In this document: piece by piece, positions 28,634-38,949 of the stretch
Numbering within the stretch: the first letter of the stretch is position 1
How the letters are laid out: the number at the start of each line of letters is the position of its first letter
Source: a bacterium
GTDB taxonomy: Bacteria; Hinthialibacterota; Hinthialibacteria; Hinthialibacterales; Hinthialibacteraceae
Length of the DNA: 64,000 nucleotides
Direction of reading: 5' to 3'
Assembly: GCA_963663405.2 (NCBI GenBank)
Contig: CAXXSM010000150.1
Span: 1-64,000 of the forward strand
The notes under the pieces: model-generated
The model's input: only the letters and a program-made list of their open reading frames with translations
Told to the model about the DNA's origin: nothing
Databases searched by the model: none
Position numbers and translations under genes: made by a program

Positions 28634-29740
28634 ATGAATTTCAGAAGTGTTTCCAGTTCTCTATTTTTATCACTCCTTTTCGTTGGCTTTCCCATAAGGG
28701 CATTCTCGCAGAACATTAATACGCCGGAGAATTTTCCCGATCCGAATTTTAGGGTGGCAGTTGAGGAATTTATGGGTATCCCGCCGGGCGGTGAATTTTC
28801 CGCTTTAGAAGCTGCAGTGAAGACAGATAGGTTTAACTGCTCCTACAAAGAAATTAGTGATATGACCGGGATAGAGTATTTTATCAGTATAAAAGAACTC
28901 GACTGTAGTGATTGTGGATTAATCAGCCTGGACGTTTCACGCAACACCGCATTAACTTTTCTTTCATGTGGTGGGAGCAAAATAACCAGACTGAATAAAT
29001 TAACTATCCTGGACGTCTCCAATAATACTGCTTTAGAATATCTCTGGTGTAATGGCAATCAATTAACGAGCCTGGATGTCTCCAATAATATCGCTTTAAT
29101 AGACCTCGAATGTGATGAAAATCAATTAACCAGCCTGGATATCTCCAACAATACTAATTTGAAATATCTCGGCTGTGGTAACAATCAATTAACCAACTTG
29201 GATATCTCTACTAACATTGATTTGAATGTTTTAGGCTGTGGTTATAATCCATTAACCAATTTGGATGTATCTAACAATACTGAACTGACTATGCTCTGGT
29301 GCCCTCACAATCAATTAACCAGCCTTGACGTATCCAACAACACTGCTTTGAATCATCTCCTTTGCTGGGGCAATAAATTAACTGGCCTTGATGTTTCTAA
29401 AAATACCGTTTTAAAAGACCTTCAGTGCTACAACAATCAATTAATCAACTTGGATATCTCTAACAACAATTCTCTTGATTATCTCTACTGTCAGAACAAC
29501 CAATTAAGAGATATTTCGAGCATTGTAGCAAACAAAGGACTTGGTAAAGGAGATTCCGTAGATATCCGATATAACTATATTGCTTGTGACAATTTCAATG
29601 ATGATGTAAATAATCTTGTCATTCTCGTTGAACGCATAGGAAATCCAAATATCACTGAAGATGGGTGGCTACAAACAGGTTTCGCCTTTTCACCCCAAAA
29701 AGAATGTGAAACTCCAGTACTTTCTTGGTTTTTATATTGA
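28634..29740 (+). CDS. Secreted internalin-like leucine-rich repeat protein
   Basis: Signal peptide (AFS-Q); FPDPNFR cap; about ten 21-aa repeats LTSLDVSNNTALxxLxCxxNQ; ends ETPVLSWFLY. Confidence 0.9.
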   Translation: MNFRSVSSSLFLSLLFVGFPIRAFSQNINTPENFPDPNFRVAVEEFMGIPPGGEFSALEAAVKTDRFNCSYKEISDMTGIEYFISIKELDCSDCGLISLDVSRNTALTFLSCGGSKITRLNKLTILDVSNNTALEYLWCNGNQLTSLDVSNNIALIDLECDENQLTSLDISNNTNLKYLGCGNNQLTNLDISTNIDLNVLGCGYNPLTNLDVSNNTELTMLWCPHNQLTSLDVSNNTALNHLLCWGNKLTGLDVSKNTVLKDLQCYNNQLINLDISNNNSLDYLYCQNNQLRDISSIVANKGLGKGDSVDIRYNYIACDNFNDDVNNLVILVERIGNPNITEDGWLQTGFAFSPQKECETPVLSWFLY

Positions 29741-30045
29741 AAAAAGGGAATAAAATAGATTGTTTGAAGGATGGAAAAATGAAACTTATAATCAATCAAA
29801 ATGTTGAGTACGCCAATCACACAAACTCAAGCGCTCCCATTTTTTCACAATCTAGCGCATCCGGTTTAAGTCTCTCAAATTTGATACGCAATACGACAAT
29901 TATCATCGATGATGGGATTAAAGAAAAACCTATTATTAAAAATGAAATTACAGAAATACCAAAGCGTTCCGATTAATCCGCCTCATTAAAAATCCCCCAA
30001 AAAACGTTATAGGGAAGAAATTATTATTGGCTATTATGGAATCAG

Positions 30046-30594
30046 TTATTCCGCCGCTTGATGGTGGGTTCTTGTTCTTGGTTTGTGTTTTCTTCCGGTC
30101 CAGCCGAAAGAATCGGCGATTAGGAAGGCGCCGATGACGACGAAAACCAGCGGCCATGATTTGAAAATCATGTGAAGGAACCGGGCGCTTAAAAAGGTCA
30201 ACCCATTAGCAATTAGGATCGAGCCTGGTATAAAAGGCCACCAATGGGTATTGCCTTCATACGCGAGGGCGATGAAATAGATCGCTATAAAGCCTCCACC
30301 GAGACCGATCAGGCCATAGGCCTCAAACCGACCCCCCATGAAGAATCCCATTCCCAATCCCAACAAGACGCAGGCAGGAATTAAAAAACCGTATACTTTG
30401 TGATAGAAATACGCGAACAGAAACGCGCCTCCTACGATGAAAAAAATAATCTCCGGCATAAGTCCATGCATCTCCTCCACAGCGGTCAGTATCGCTCCCG
30501 CGATGATTAAGATGATACCGATGAATCCTTTTCCGCCACTATATGGCGGAGGTTTTCTTTCCTTGTTCATTTGACGCTCCTTGGATGGTTTCAT
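30046..30594 (-). CDS. Multi-pass membrane protein (LiaF/LiaI-like TM repeats)
   Basis: GIILIIAG, GFLIPA, WWPFIPG, WPLVFVVIG hydrophobic repeats. Confidence 0.65.
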   Translation of the reverse strand: MKPSKERQMNKERKPPPYSGGKGFIGIILIIAGAILTAVEEMHGLMPEIIFFIVGGAFLFAYFYHKVYGFLIPACVLLGLGMGFFMGGRFEAYGLIGLGGGFIAIYFIALAYEGNTHWWPFIPGSILIANGLTFLSARFLHMIFKSWPLVFVVIGAFLIADSFGWTGRKHKPRTRTHHQAAE

Positions 30595-30648
30595 CTAATA
30601 GAATCTTGTTGCGCTCCATACAGGGACATGAAAAAGATCGATGCAGGA

Positions 30649-30840
30649 TTATCTCGGGCGTTTAAAAACCGCAATCACGTCACGGGTTTGTCCATGGCCC
30701 ATATTCGTATCAAATATATTCACCAATTCCCAATCCTGCTTCCCTAAATCGTTGAGAGACGAATCCAGCTGATTCATATCCACTTTCCCGCCCATGAAGC
30801 CCTTGGCGGCAAGCGCGATCGATTTATATTCCCATTTCAT
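30649..30840 (-). CDS. DUF4177 domain protein
   Basis: MKWEYKS...LNDLGKQDWELV...FKRP. Confidence 0.85.
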   Translation of the reverse strand: MKWEYKSIALAAKGFMGGKVDMNQLDSSLNDLGKQDWELVNIFDTNMGHGQTRDVIAVFKRPR

Positions 30841-30925
30841 TAGACAATTATACCCTTTCAAACGTATTTTTTGTCCATTATCCATATCACAAAAGTTTAC
30901 GAACAATCCGGCGAATCTATTTCAC

Positions 30926-32146
30926 CTATTTTGAATATCGAAGCAGCAACGCCAGATCGAGGGGGCCGGGTTTGGGTTGATATTGGACGTAGAAATCAGC
31001 GATCCGGTCATAGACCTCCTTTGAATGGGGTGTCAGGCGCAACCACCGGGCGGGGAGCTGCACGTAGATAGGATTCGATTTAGGATTGCCGCAGACATCG
31101 CCGAACAACATTCCATTATTAAGCCGCGCGAATCCCTGTGTCACGGTTTTTACCAACGATTCCATCTGTTGGGCATTGAAAACTTCGCCCTGACTCTCCA
31201 AGAGAATCGGAAGCGCCATCGTGAGTGAGCCATGAGAGACATCTTCCCCGCCTAGTTTATCTTTGGGGATAGGATCCGTCACAGGTTGGAGAGGCAGCCA
31301 ATAAGGCCAATAATATGCGCCATCCGAATCTTGGGAGAGACGCCGTTGCATGTAATGGCCGATCGCGATTGCCCTGGCGCGGCTTTGAGCGTCATTCGTC
31401 AGCGTGGATAAAAGCCAGAGCGCCCGTCCCATTGAACTAAGCCGGTTGCCGGGAAGTGGCTTTTCTTCCATTGTATTTTCTTGGTTCAGACCGATGTAAT
31501 GCCCTTCTCCTTCTTCCGGTCCATCTCTCCATTGAGGATCATGAAAGGCAAGGCTTTCCTGTACTTGTTTCAAAATCGGCTGCGATTGTTTCCCCAGCCA
31601 TTTCGCTAGAGCCGGCTTTTCCTTCACAATCGAGAGAAAATCGAGCATGGGATATACGATGATTCCCGTATGCACGGCAAAAATGGCGCGGCCCCGTTCG
31701 GCGTATTTCTCCGATCCCCACGCGGGCGCGATTTTCCCGGTCCAGAGTTTTTTACCAAGTTTATCATCACGGACGGATAGGATGGTTTGAATCGCTTTTA
31801 AATTGGCCTTGAGATACTTGTCATTCTCTGTCGCGCGATACATTTCATTCAGCGACATCATACGATACGACCATCCCCAGGCGATCCCCCCTTGATCGTT
31901 ATTAACTAAGTTTAAAGCGGCGTCAAATTTTCTGCCCATATATAAATCGTCATATTGTTTAGGGGAGACGTATTCTTCAATTGTTGGGACCGGCTCCACT
32001 TTGCGGAAATGATCGTGGAACCGATTCATGTAAGCTGCGTCTTGTTCTTCAGTCCATTGCGTCCATCCTGCGCTGCACAGGCACACGAGCAACCCCACCG
32101 CGATGATTGATCTGCGCTGAATTGAATAATCGTTTTCATTTCTCAT
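30926..32146 (-). CDS. Secreted hypothetical protein, probable (alpha/alpha) toroid fold
   Basis: Signal peptide; MYRAT...KYL, YYWPYW, EDVSHG motifs reminiscent of six-hairpin enzymes. Confidence 0.55.
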   Translation of the reverse strand: MRNENDYSIQRRSIIAVGLLVCLCSAGWTQWTEEQDAAYMNRFHDHFRKVEPVPTIEEYVSPKQYDDLYMGRKFDAALNLVNNDQGGIAWGWSYRMMSLNEMYRATENDKYLKANLKAIQTILSVRDDKLGKKLWTGKIAPAWGSEKYAERGRAIFAVHTGIIVYPMLDFLSIVKEKPALAKWLGKQSQPILKQVQESLAFHDPQWRDGPEEGEGHYIGLNQENTMEEKPLPGNRLSSMGRALWLLSTLTNDAQSRARAIAIGHYMQRRLSQDSDGAYYWPYWLPLQPVTDPIPKDKLGGEDVSHGSLTMALPILLESQGEVFNAQQMESLVKTVTQGFARLNNGMLFGDVCGNPKSNPIYVQLPARWLRLTPHSKEVYDRIADFYVQYQPKPGPLDLALLLRYSK

Positions 32147-32188
32147 TAGTATTTTCCTTTTCCTATACGTAATCCTTGCTTGATTCTT

Positions 32189-33997
32189 TCAAAACGAATT
32201 GATAAGCGTTCGGATGGCTTGAACTTGTTCGATCGCCTCCGCAAAATCACCGTTTGCATAGGCCGTGTCAAATTTGGAGATCAATACGGATAAATTCCAT
32301 ACTTTTGTGGAATTTTCCATGATACCGGGAGTGGAGCGAGGTTCTTTATCAGGAATCGCGTCCATCAGTTCTCTTTCCAAGACTCGAATCTCTTTCCGGA
32401 AGCCCTGATATTGAATCTCGCGAACAATGTCGAGTAGATAGCGCCGTTCGTCTGGGCTTATATCATCCTTAAACGCTTGCTTAATACGATCCGGAACCGG
32501 CGCGGCGCAGATTGATTTCATTTCCTCAATCAGCTTTTTGTTTAAGCGGATCGATTCAGGCAGGGCTTCATAAGTATAGAACGCCTGCATGGCTTTCCAA
32601 TCATCGCCGAAATCCCGGTTTTTCACATCGCTGACGTTCGCCGTTCGATAGGGTAAAGGAGAATCAGTAGAAAAATATTCCCAACGGTCAAAATAGCCGT
32701 CATCGGTGGTATCGAACATCCGCACTTCCGCTAATGGTTCAAGATTTCCAATTCGGCCCACAAGCAGCCAGCCTTCCGAAGCGCCTTTGAGATGCAGCCG
32801 GTGATCGACTGGACTGTAATAGATCTCACGCCGATCAGATGGAGAACCGAGAAACTCACGGCGGACATTCCAATCCTGCACGGGCCCGCCGGTATTATGA
32901 AGGATACGCCGTTTCCAAGTCCAGAAGACACCCTCCCAGCGGCGGTCGTATTCAGGACGCGCGGGATGGCCGATTCGAAGCCCATAATCTTCAAATTCCC
33001 GCCACGTAAATCCTGTTTGTTCGGCGTGATAGGTGTCTGACACCTGGCGGGCTAAATCGTAAGGAATACAGACAGTCTTTTTCGGGGAGCGGCGGAGCGG
33101 CTGCTCGCGGATCATGCCGGGGAATTCATAGGGGCTAGCGCCGGTCATGGTGAATCCCATCTCATAGTGAAGAGGATTCTCTTTCGAACTCAGCCCATCG
33201 ATATCGAAACTATACCGGACATTCACCACACCCATGCGTTCCATCCCAGCGTCGTATTCTCCCTGATAGCGCCGTTGACTGTTGGCGTAATCGGGATCGG
33301 TCTCAGAGGAAAACGTGAGAGGCGCGGCGCTGAAACGGACAACGGCTTCCGATTCCCCATCGTTGTCAATGTCATAAAAAGAGAAAGGGCATTCTGAAAT
33401 AGGCAGCCATGTATTGTTGTGAGGATTGTATTTATTCATATAGATTTCGTTGGCGCCGTAGGGATCGCTGCGGAAAAAATTCGCGGTGTATTCATAGTCG
33501 GCGGTGTCCCACATCAATCCATCTCCATCAAGATCGTTTCCGAACCAGGACCGGCGCAATTCCCCATTAACGAAATAGCGGATATCCATCTCATCGGGAA
33601 CATTATCACCATCCGAATCGATATAATCAACCATCCGGTCAACAATTCCGTCGCATCCATAATCAGCGATGTAACAATCACTATCTCCATCACCTTGTGG
33701 ATGGTCGGCGTCCATATCTCCATCATCATCAAGAATCCAAACAATCATCTCTCCCTCTCCGCGCGTACGTTTTTCTTTGCGCACGATCATCATCCCGCCA
33801 CCGGCTAGTTTGGAGAGTCGCATCAATTGGGAACCGGTTTCCAGCTGGAGCGCCGTTTCCCACCAGTCTTTCTCATGTAGAACCAGGATTCCTCCCGGTT
33901 TCATACAAGTTTCTTCTTCCCACCACATCACCGCCGAATCGGTTGTTGGAGTCAATACACATAAAAGAGCAAAGATTAAAACTAGATTCCGAACCAT
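32189..33997 (-). CDS. Secreted hypothetical protein with repeated DxDxDG calcium-binding-like loops
   Basis: Signal peptide; DDDGD, DSDGDNVPDE, DLDGDG, DIDNDGESE, DTTDDGYFD. Confidence 0.6.
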   Translation of the reverse strand: MVRNLVLIFALLCVLTPTTDSAVMWWEEETCMKPGGILVLHEKDWWETALQLETGSQLMRLSKLAGGGMMIVRKEKRTRGEGEMIVWILDDDGDMDADHPQGDGDSDCYIADYGCDGIVDRMVDYIDSDGDNVPDEMDIRYFVNGELRRSWFGNDLDGDGLMWDTADYEYTANFFRSDPYGANEIYMNKYNPHNNTWLPISECPFSFYDIDNDGESEAVVRFSAAPLTFSSETDPDYANSQRRYQGEYDAGMERMGVVNVRYSFDIDGLSSKENPLHYEMGFTMTGASPYEFPGMIREQPLRRSPKKTVCIPYDLARQVSDTYHAEQTGFTWREFEDYGLRIGHPARPEYDRRWEGVFWTWKRRILHNTGGPVQDWNVRREFLGSPSDRREIYYSPVDHRLHLKGASEGWLLVGRIGNLEPLAEVRMFDTTDDGYFDRWEYFSTDSPLPYRTANVSDVKNRDFGDDWKAMQAFYTYEALPESIRLNKKLIEEMKSICAAPVPDRIKQAFKDDISPDERRYLLDIVREIQYQGFRKEIRVLERELMDAIPDKEPRSTPGIMENSTKVWNLSVLISKFDTAYANGDFAEAIEQVQAIRTLINSF

Positions 33998-34235
33998 TTT
34001 CTTTCCTCATCGATGAAAGTTGGATTTATCCATTTCAGTTATATAGGTAAATCCAACGAAATGGAGAAAGGTTGAAAATGAATTATATACGTCAAGCTAG
34101 AGGGGTTGATAGAGGAGTCCAGAAAAAAAAAGAGGGAATACCCAAGAACATTCGAATTAGTGGATCGATTTAAATTCTTATCATGCGTTGAAGAATAAGA
34201 ATATTGTTTACAGGGGAAGATGTTATTTGAAATAG

Positions 34236-34264
34236 TTGACATCGTACAACAAATGGCGTACATT
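34236..34264 (+). promoter_or_regulatory. Sigma70-type promoter of dinJ-yafQ with paired CGTACA boxes
   Basis: TTGACA-N17-TACATT; CGTACA occurs twice within the spacer and -10 (candidate autorepression site). Confidence 0.6.
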
Positions 34265-34287
34265 AAAAATTAAAGGAGATTAAACTG

Positions 34288-34551
34288 ATGAGTATGGATG
34301 ATCGTATAAGTACACGAATTGATAGTAATTTGAAAGAAGCCGCAATAAAAATATTCCATCAACTTGGAATAACAGAAGGGGAGGCAATTCGTATGTTTTA
34401 TGCGCAAGTCAATCTTCATCAAGGTTTACCTTTTGATTTAAAAATCCCAAATAAAGAAACTATCGAAGCAATGAAAGAAGGCGAAAACGATTCAGGAAAT
34501 CTTCAGACATACGAGCGTTTTTCAGACGTGCGAAAAAAGTTGGGGATTTAA
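34288..34551 (+). CDS. dinJ: RelB/DinJ family antitoxin
   Basis: RIDSNLK..A..IF..LGIT...AIRMF........GLPF.L.IPN.ET..AM.E. Confidence 0.88.
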   Translation: MSMDDRISTRIDSNLKEAAIKIFHQLGITEGEAIRMFYAQVNLHQGLPFDLKIPNKETIEAMKEGENDSGNLQTYERFSDVRKKLGI

Positions 34552-34821
34552 TTGCTCACTATTAAAACCACAAATATTTTTCTGAAGGATTTAAAACGTG
34601 TTTCAAAGCGTGGAAAGACTATCGATAAATTAGAGAAAATCGTCGATCTGCTACAAACCGAAGAATCCTTACCCCTGAATAATAAAGATCATACATTGAT
34701 AGGCGCCTGGTCTGGACATCGCGAATGTCACATTGATCCGGATTGGCTTTTAATTTACCGAATTGATGATAAAAACCTTATTCTTGAAAGAACAGGTTCG
34801 CATGCTGATTTATTTGGATAA
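34552..34821 (+). CDS. yafQ: YafQ family mRNA interferase toxin
   Basis: F.KDLKR..KRG; DH.L.G.W...RECHI.PDWLLIY; L.RTGSHADLF. Confidence 0.92.
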   Translation: MLTIKTTNIFLKDLKRVSKRGKTIDKLEKIVDLLQTEESLPLNNKDHTLIGAWSGHRECHIDPDWLLIYRIDDKNLILERTGSHADLFG

Positions 34822-34982
34822 AACATAATGATGGCGGATTTGTTTTTTTCAAAGTTTTTATACAGTCTCACGATCGTATATATAAGACCATACTTTTTTA
34901 GACAGTACTCGACGCTCAAATAGTCTTTTAAAAAATGATTTTTCTGCCTCTTTTTGATACGTTTTACTTTTAGCAAAAGGCT

Positions 34983-35246
34983 CTACCGTAAAAGCGAACG
35001 GAGTTTAAATTTTCCCGTCCGGTCGCGGCGGATCTCGTCGATTTTCTCATCGATCTCATTCTCAACAGGATCTTTTTTTTCAGTCGTTACCGCCTCTTGT
35101 TTTTCTTCTTTTGTAGACGGCGCTGGAACCGGCGCTTTAGTTGAATAGGAGGGAGCCAGAGACGGAGCCTCCCGGCGATCGGCGCTCCCGCAGCCGATCA
35201 TTCCTATGATTGCGATGGTAAAAAATAGTAGGTGGTGTCGTTTCAT
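34983..35246 (-). CDS. Small putative lipoprotein
   Basis: MKRHHLLFFTIAIIGMIG-C lipobox, then a low-complexity body. Confidence 0.6.
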   Translation of the reverse strand: MKRHHLLFFTIAIIGMIGCGSADRREAPSLAPSYSTKAPVPAPSTKEEKQEAVTTEKKDPVENEIDEKIDEIRRDRTGKFKLRSLLR

Positions 35247-35407
35247 GATGATTTATTATAGAAAGAGCGTGAGAACTTGTATAGCCTTCATTCCACATGA
35301 TCGATGCAAAGAATGATGTGTTGAGGATTTATTGAACCTGCCACAGACGTTCCTGATTGAGTGACGATCCAATACACTTCCTATTCTAGAGTATAGAAAG
35401 GAAGGAA

Positions 35408-35788
35408 TTGATGATTCAAAAATTTGTATTGCTCGCAGCCGCGGGTGGATTGGGATCGTTGGCCCGGTATGGTCTATCCGGCGCGGTTCAGAAGATCGCA
35501 GGCGCGGAATTTCCGTGGGGAACCGCCGCCGTGAATGTAATCGGCTGTTTGGGATTTGGATTGATCTGGTCGCTGACGGAAGAGCGGTTTCTGATTAGTG
35601 GCGAGACACGCGCGATTGTGCTGACCGGCTTTATGGGAGCGTTTACAACGTTCTCCACCTACATTTTCGAAACAGGTCAGCTGATGCGGGATTCAGAATG
35701 GCTTCTCGCGGGCGTGAATGTGACGGGACAGATCGCGGCAGGTGTGTTCTTTTTGTTTCTGGGGATATTTATTGGCCGTATCTTATAA
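35408..35788 (+). CDS. crcB: Fluoride channel Fluc/CrcB
   Basis: GGLGSLARY, FPWGT..VN..G, GFMGAFTTFSTY. Confidence 0.95.
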   Translation: MMIQKFVLLAAAGGLGSLARYGLSGAVQKIAGAEFPWGTAAVNVIGCLGFGLIWSLTEERFLISGETRAIVLTGFMGAFTTFSTYIFETGQLMRDSEWLLAGVNVTGQIAAGVFFLFLGIFIGRIL

Positions 35789-35803
35789 ATCTGGAGGCGG
35801 ATT

Positions 35804-36166
35804 ATGGGTTTGCGAAGCGAAGCGGAATTATTAAGAATCTTCATCGGGGAGAGCGACAAATTCGGCGGGCGGCCACTATATGAAGCGATCGTGCGGGAAG
35901 CGCGTGACCGAGGGCTCGCTGGCGCGACGGTCCTGCGGGGGCGGTTGGGCTATGGCGCGCATACGGTTTTGCATACCGCGAAGATCCTGCGCATCTCCGA
36001 AGACCTTCCGTTTATTGTTGAGATCGTAGACACACCACAAAAAATCGCCGATTTTCTGCCCCGTTTGGATGAAATGATGGAAGAAGGTCTAGTCACTCTC
36101 GAAAAAATCCGCGTAATCACTTACCGCCCCAAGAAAGTTGACGCCGATTCTTCATCGAAACAGTGA
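35804..36166 (+). CDS. DUF190 (PII-like) protein
   Basis: LLRIFIGESD...PLYEAIV..AR..GLAGATVLRG..GYG...SEDLP..VEIVD; usual crcB neighbour. Confidence 0.9.
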   Translation: MGLRSEAELLRIFIGESDKFGGRPLYEAIVREARDRGLAGATVLRGRLGYGAHTVLHTAKILRISEDLPFIVEIVDTPQKIADFLPRLDEMMEEGLVTLEKIRVITYRPKKVDADSSSKQ

Positions 36167-36170
36167 TTTG

Positions 36171-37289
36171 TCACACAAGTAAATCACGAATCACACGCTC
36201 CGCTCGGGCTTTCCATGTATAGTTCGCCAGAAATGCGGCATGAGCGGCGTTCCCTAATTGAAGGCGAAGAGTTATATCCTCTTTCAATGTAAGCAAGTTT
36301 TGTATCCAACTATCCGGATCTTCTGGATCGCATAAAATCGCCGTTTCCCGATCGGTCAATACTTCCTTTAAAACGGCAATGCGCGAACAGAGAATCGCTT
36401 TTCCCGCCGCCATGTATTCAAACAATTTCAACGGTGACATCCATTGACTCGTATCCCCTCCCCCTGACACGCTGACCGATCGCTGATAGGGCGCGAGCAA
36501 CACATCAAAGGCGTTTCGATAATCGGCGGCTTTGGAGGGAGGCAGGAAACCATGGAAAACCATGTTCTCAAATGATTGACATTTCTCTTTACAGCGTTGA
36601 ATATCCGTTTCATTTCCACCGATAAAATGAAAATCCGCCCAGGGACAACGCGCCGCCATCTCTGCGATGATATGTATTCCTCTCCCTTCATATAAGTGGC
36701 CGATATAACCAACTTGGAGGCGGGATCGATCGAGTAGGAGAGAAGATTTAGCGGTTGCGCATGGATCGGCGGCGTCGTGAGATACGAGAATATCCGTTGT
36801 GTTTTGAAACGTATAATTCGTTTCGAAATAATCGCGCAGTGCGCTGGAGATGACAACGAACCGCTTGAACGAAGGTTTTCGGATCATGTTCCGAAACATC
36901 CATTCACAAATCCGCCCATGATTGGAGACAGGAAAATGCGCCTCGTAAACAACGGGAATCGTTCCCCTCGCGCAGAAAAAACATCCAGGCAGATACCGTC
37001 CATATATCAGATCCGGTTTTTGCTTACGCGCAGCTATCGCGGTTCGATACGCGTAATAATATCCACGTCCCGTCCATCGAATCCAGGGAAATTTTTGAAT
37101 GGCAAAGCGATTCTTTACTCCATAATAATCAAAGACATCATTCACACCCCGTTCTATAGCTGGATCATCCGGAGCGAAGAGAGTCACATCATGTCCCAAT
37201 GCAGCGAACGCGTTGCACATTTTCATGACATGAATGCTATTCGCCTCGCGGGAAGGGATGACTGAACTAGATAGATAGATAATACGCAT
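36171..37289 (-). CDS. Glycosyltransferase family 4
   Basis: PSREANSIHVMKMC.AFA.LGHDV; YIGHLY.GRG; SPLKLFEYMAAGK. Confidence 0.9.
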   Translation of the reverse strand: MRIIYLSSSVIPSREANSIHVMKMCNAFAALGHDVTLFAPDDPAIERGVNDVFDYYGVKNRFAIQKFPWIRWTGRGYYYAYRTAIAARKQKPDLIYGRYLPGCFFCARGTIPVVYEAHFPVSNHGRICEWMFRNMIRKPSFKRFVVISSALRDYFETNYTFQNTTDILVSHDAADPCATAKSSLLLDRSRLQVGYIGHLYEGRGIHIIAEMAARCPWADFHFIGGNETDIQRCKEKCQSFENMVFHGFLPPSKAADYRNAFDVLLAPYQRSVSVSGGGDTSQWMSPLKLFEYMAAGKAILCSRIAVLKEVLTDRETAILCDPEDPDSWIQNLLTLKEDITLRLQLGNAAHAAFLANYTWKARAERVIRDLLV

Positions 37290-37422
37290 AAAAGGTCAAT
37301 GATTGTGAATGTTAGTCCGTATAGGATCTGAGCCGCAACTCAATTTAAATGGACTCGTATTTCTCTTTCCCTATTTATATCGTTTTAGGGTAGGCATCCA
37401 AAACTTATGAATTATATTGACG

Positions 37423-38193
37423 TTATTGACTTTCCCCTAGTTGTTGGGACATATCAAAATCGGAAAAATACTTTTTTGGAATAACATTAGACGCCAACAC
37501 GCCAATCGAGAAATAAATTTGCATAAATTTCTCTAATTCCATCTCAACCGTGGTAATGATCTTTTGTGGAACAAAAATAATTCCTCCAGACATCGGCACG
37601 GGAGACGTTGGCACATAGACGAGACAGCACTCTTTATCATTAAATTGATAAACCTGATCGGAAACCAGCAATCCTAAAAAGCCAACTCCATTTTCTTGGC
37701 CAAAATCACAGTAGACAACATTCATGCCTTTCATTTCTTTTTGGGTATCTTTATCAAACATTTCAACAACTTTGGAAACCGATCCATAAAGGTTATTGAT
37801 GAATGGAATACGTAATAATATTTGGTTGAAACTATTTTGTATTTTTTTCTTTCCTACGATTCTGACAAAGATACCAAATCCAAAAATACCTCCAAAAAGG
37901 ATAATCCAACCGAGCGCGGTTGTGATGATCTGATTGGCCGTCCCAGCGATACCGATTTTCTCGATGAATTCGCCAAGTAAACTCTCAGGTCCGACAATCG
38001 CATGGATATAACCGCCTATCCAATTCAATATGGCAATGGTTAACGCCAATGGAAGAAGAACAAAGAGTCCTGTCATGAATGTCGACGTAATCCCGCGGTA
38101 TAGTATAGTACCCGCTTTCTTTTCTTTGCGTTCCTCGCCCGTTTGGTTGTTTGACTTTGTTTTAGTCACAGTATAGCCTCTTACTATCGCCAA
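37423..38193 (-). CDS. DUF502 domain membrane protein
   Basis: F.TGL.VLLPL.LT; RIPFI..LY; VYVPTSP.P.SG. Confidence 0.85.
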   Translation of the reverse strand: MAIVRGYTVTKTKSNNQTGEERKEKKAGTILYRGITSTFMTGLFVLLPLALTIAILNWIGGYIHAIVGPESLLGEFIEKIGIAGTANQIITTALGWIILFGGIFGFGIFVRIVGKKKIQNSFNQILLRIPFINNLYGSVSKVVEMFDKDTQKEMKGMNVVYCDFGQENGVGFLGLLVSDQVYQFNDKECCLVYVPTSPVPMSGGIIFVPQKIITTVEMELEKFMQIYFSIGVLASNVIPKKYFSDFDMSQQLGESQ

Positions 38194-38238
38194 TCCGAAA
38201 TGGATTCTATTAAGAATACGGATTTTGTAACGATCATG

Positions 38239-38949
38239 TTACTTACCTTGAGTAATGATTCTCTTTACAGATCGCAGTTTCGATTTTCCCCAACCAAACA
38301 TTCGCATCCCCACGCTCATACGTCCTGGAGAATCAGGGAAACAAACAGTTTCCGGCCATCCTTCACCTTTCGACCAGGGAGGGGCAACGAAGGGATGAGG
38401 GCTATCTTCTATCCGAAGGATGGTTAAACCTTGGCAATAGGGTATATGTATATAAGAAACAGAAAATTGTTTGGCGGCCTCTTTTAACGCGGCGGTCATT
38501 TCCCGGCCGCAGTGTTCCCCATGCGTGTCATGGATACAAACAAGACTGAATTGCCGCATCATGGGGAAAATTTTTTCTAAATCCAGTTTCGTTTGTTCAT
38601 AATCATGAGCCGCGTCGTGTACGGCGAAATCAAAAGGCGCTTCCATCTGTTTGAGAAATTCATCCGAACCGGATAAATGCAGTTCCCAATCGACTTCCTT
38701 CAATGTCAATAAATCGGCGAATCGATCCCGGTCAATATCACAGGAATACACTTTCCCACCGGTTGTTTTCATCGCCGCCCGCAACGCGCGCGTCGTTGTC
38801 CCAATCCCAAGATCCAGGACACGTTGAGCGTTCAAACCAACCGCGAATGAATAGATCGTCAATAGATGCTTGTTGACAGATCCGTTTGATTTATGAAATT
38901 CGTTCCATAGTTCTTCTTGTGTATAGGGCGCAAGATTGATTTGAGTCAT
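38239..38949 (-). CDS. Class I SAM-dependent methyltransferase (Methyltransf_24-like)
   Basis: VLDLGIG, YSCDID, FDFAVHDAAH.YE...DL, HDT. Confidence 0.8.
   Translation of the reverse strand: MTQINLAPYTQEELWNEFHKSNGSVNKHLLTIYSFAVGLNAQRVLDLGIGTTTRALRAAMKTTGGKVYSCDIDRDRFADLLTLKEVDWELHLSGSDEFLKQMEAPFDFAVHDAAHDYEQTKLDLEKIFPMMRQFSLVCIHDTHGEHCGREMTAALKEAAKQFSVSYIHIPYCQGLTILRIEDSPHPFVAPPWSKGEGWPETVCFPDSPGRMSVGMRMFGWGKSKLRSVKRIITQGK

Noticed and set aside
28920-29510. CRISPR-like or non-coding tandem array
   Set aside because: The 63-bp periodicity is the coding LRR repeat; no unique spacers and no cas genes.
29790-30045. Hydrophobic minus-strand reading (..FFGGFL / SERFGISVISFLIIGFSL..) resembling a transporter C-terminus
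   Set aside because: Broken frame, no start, and similarity too weak to call without a search.
35247-35407. Fluoride riboswitch upstream of crcB
   Set aside because: No GGxGATGGxGTTCxCC...TGATGAC-type consensus visible; an Infernal search would be needed to exclude a divergent copy.
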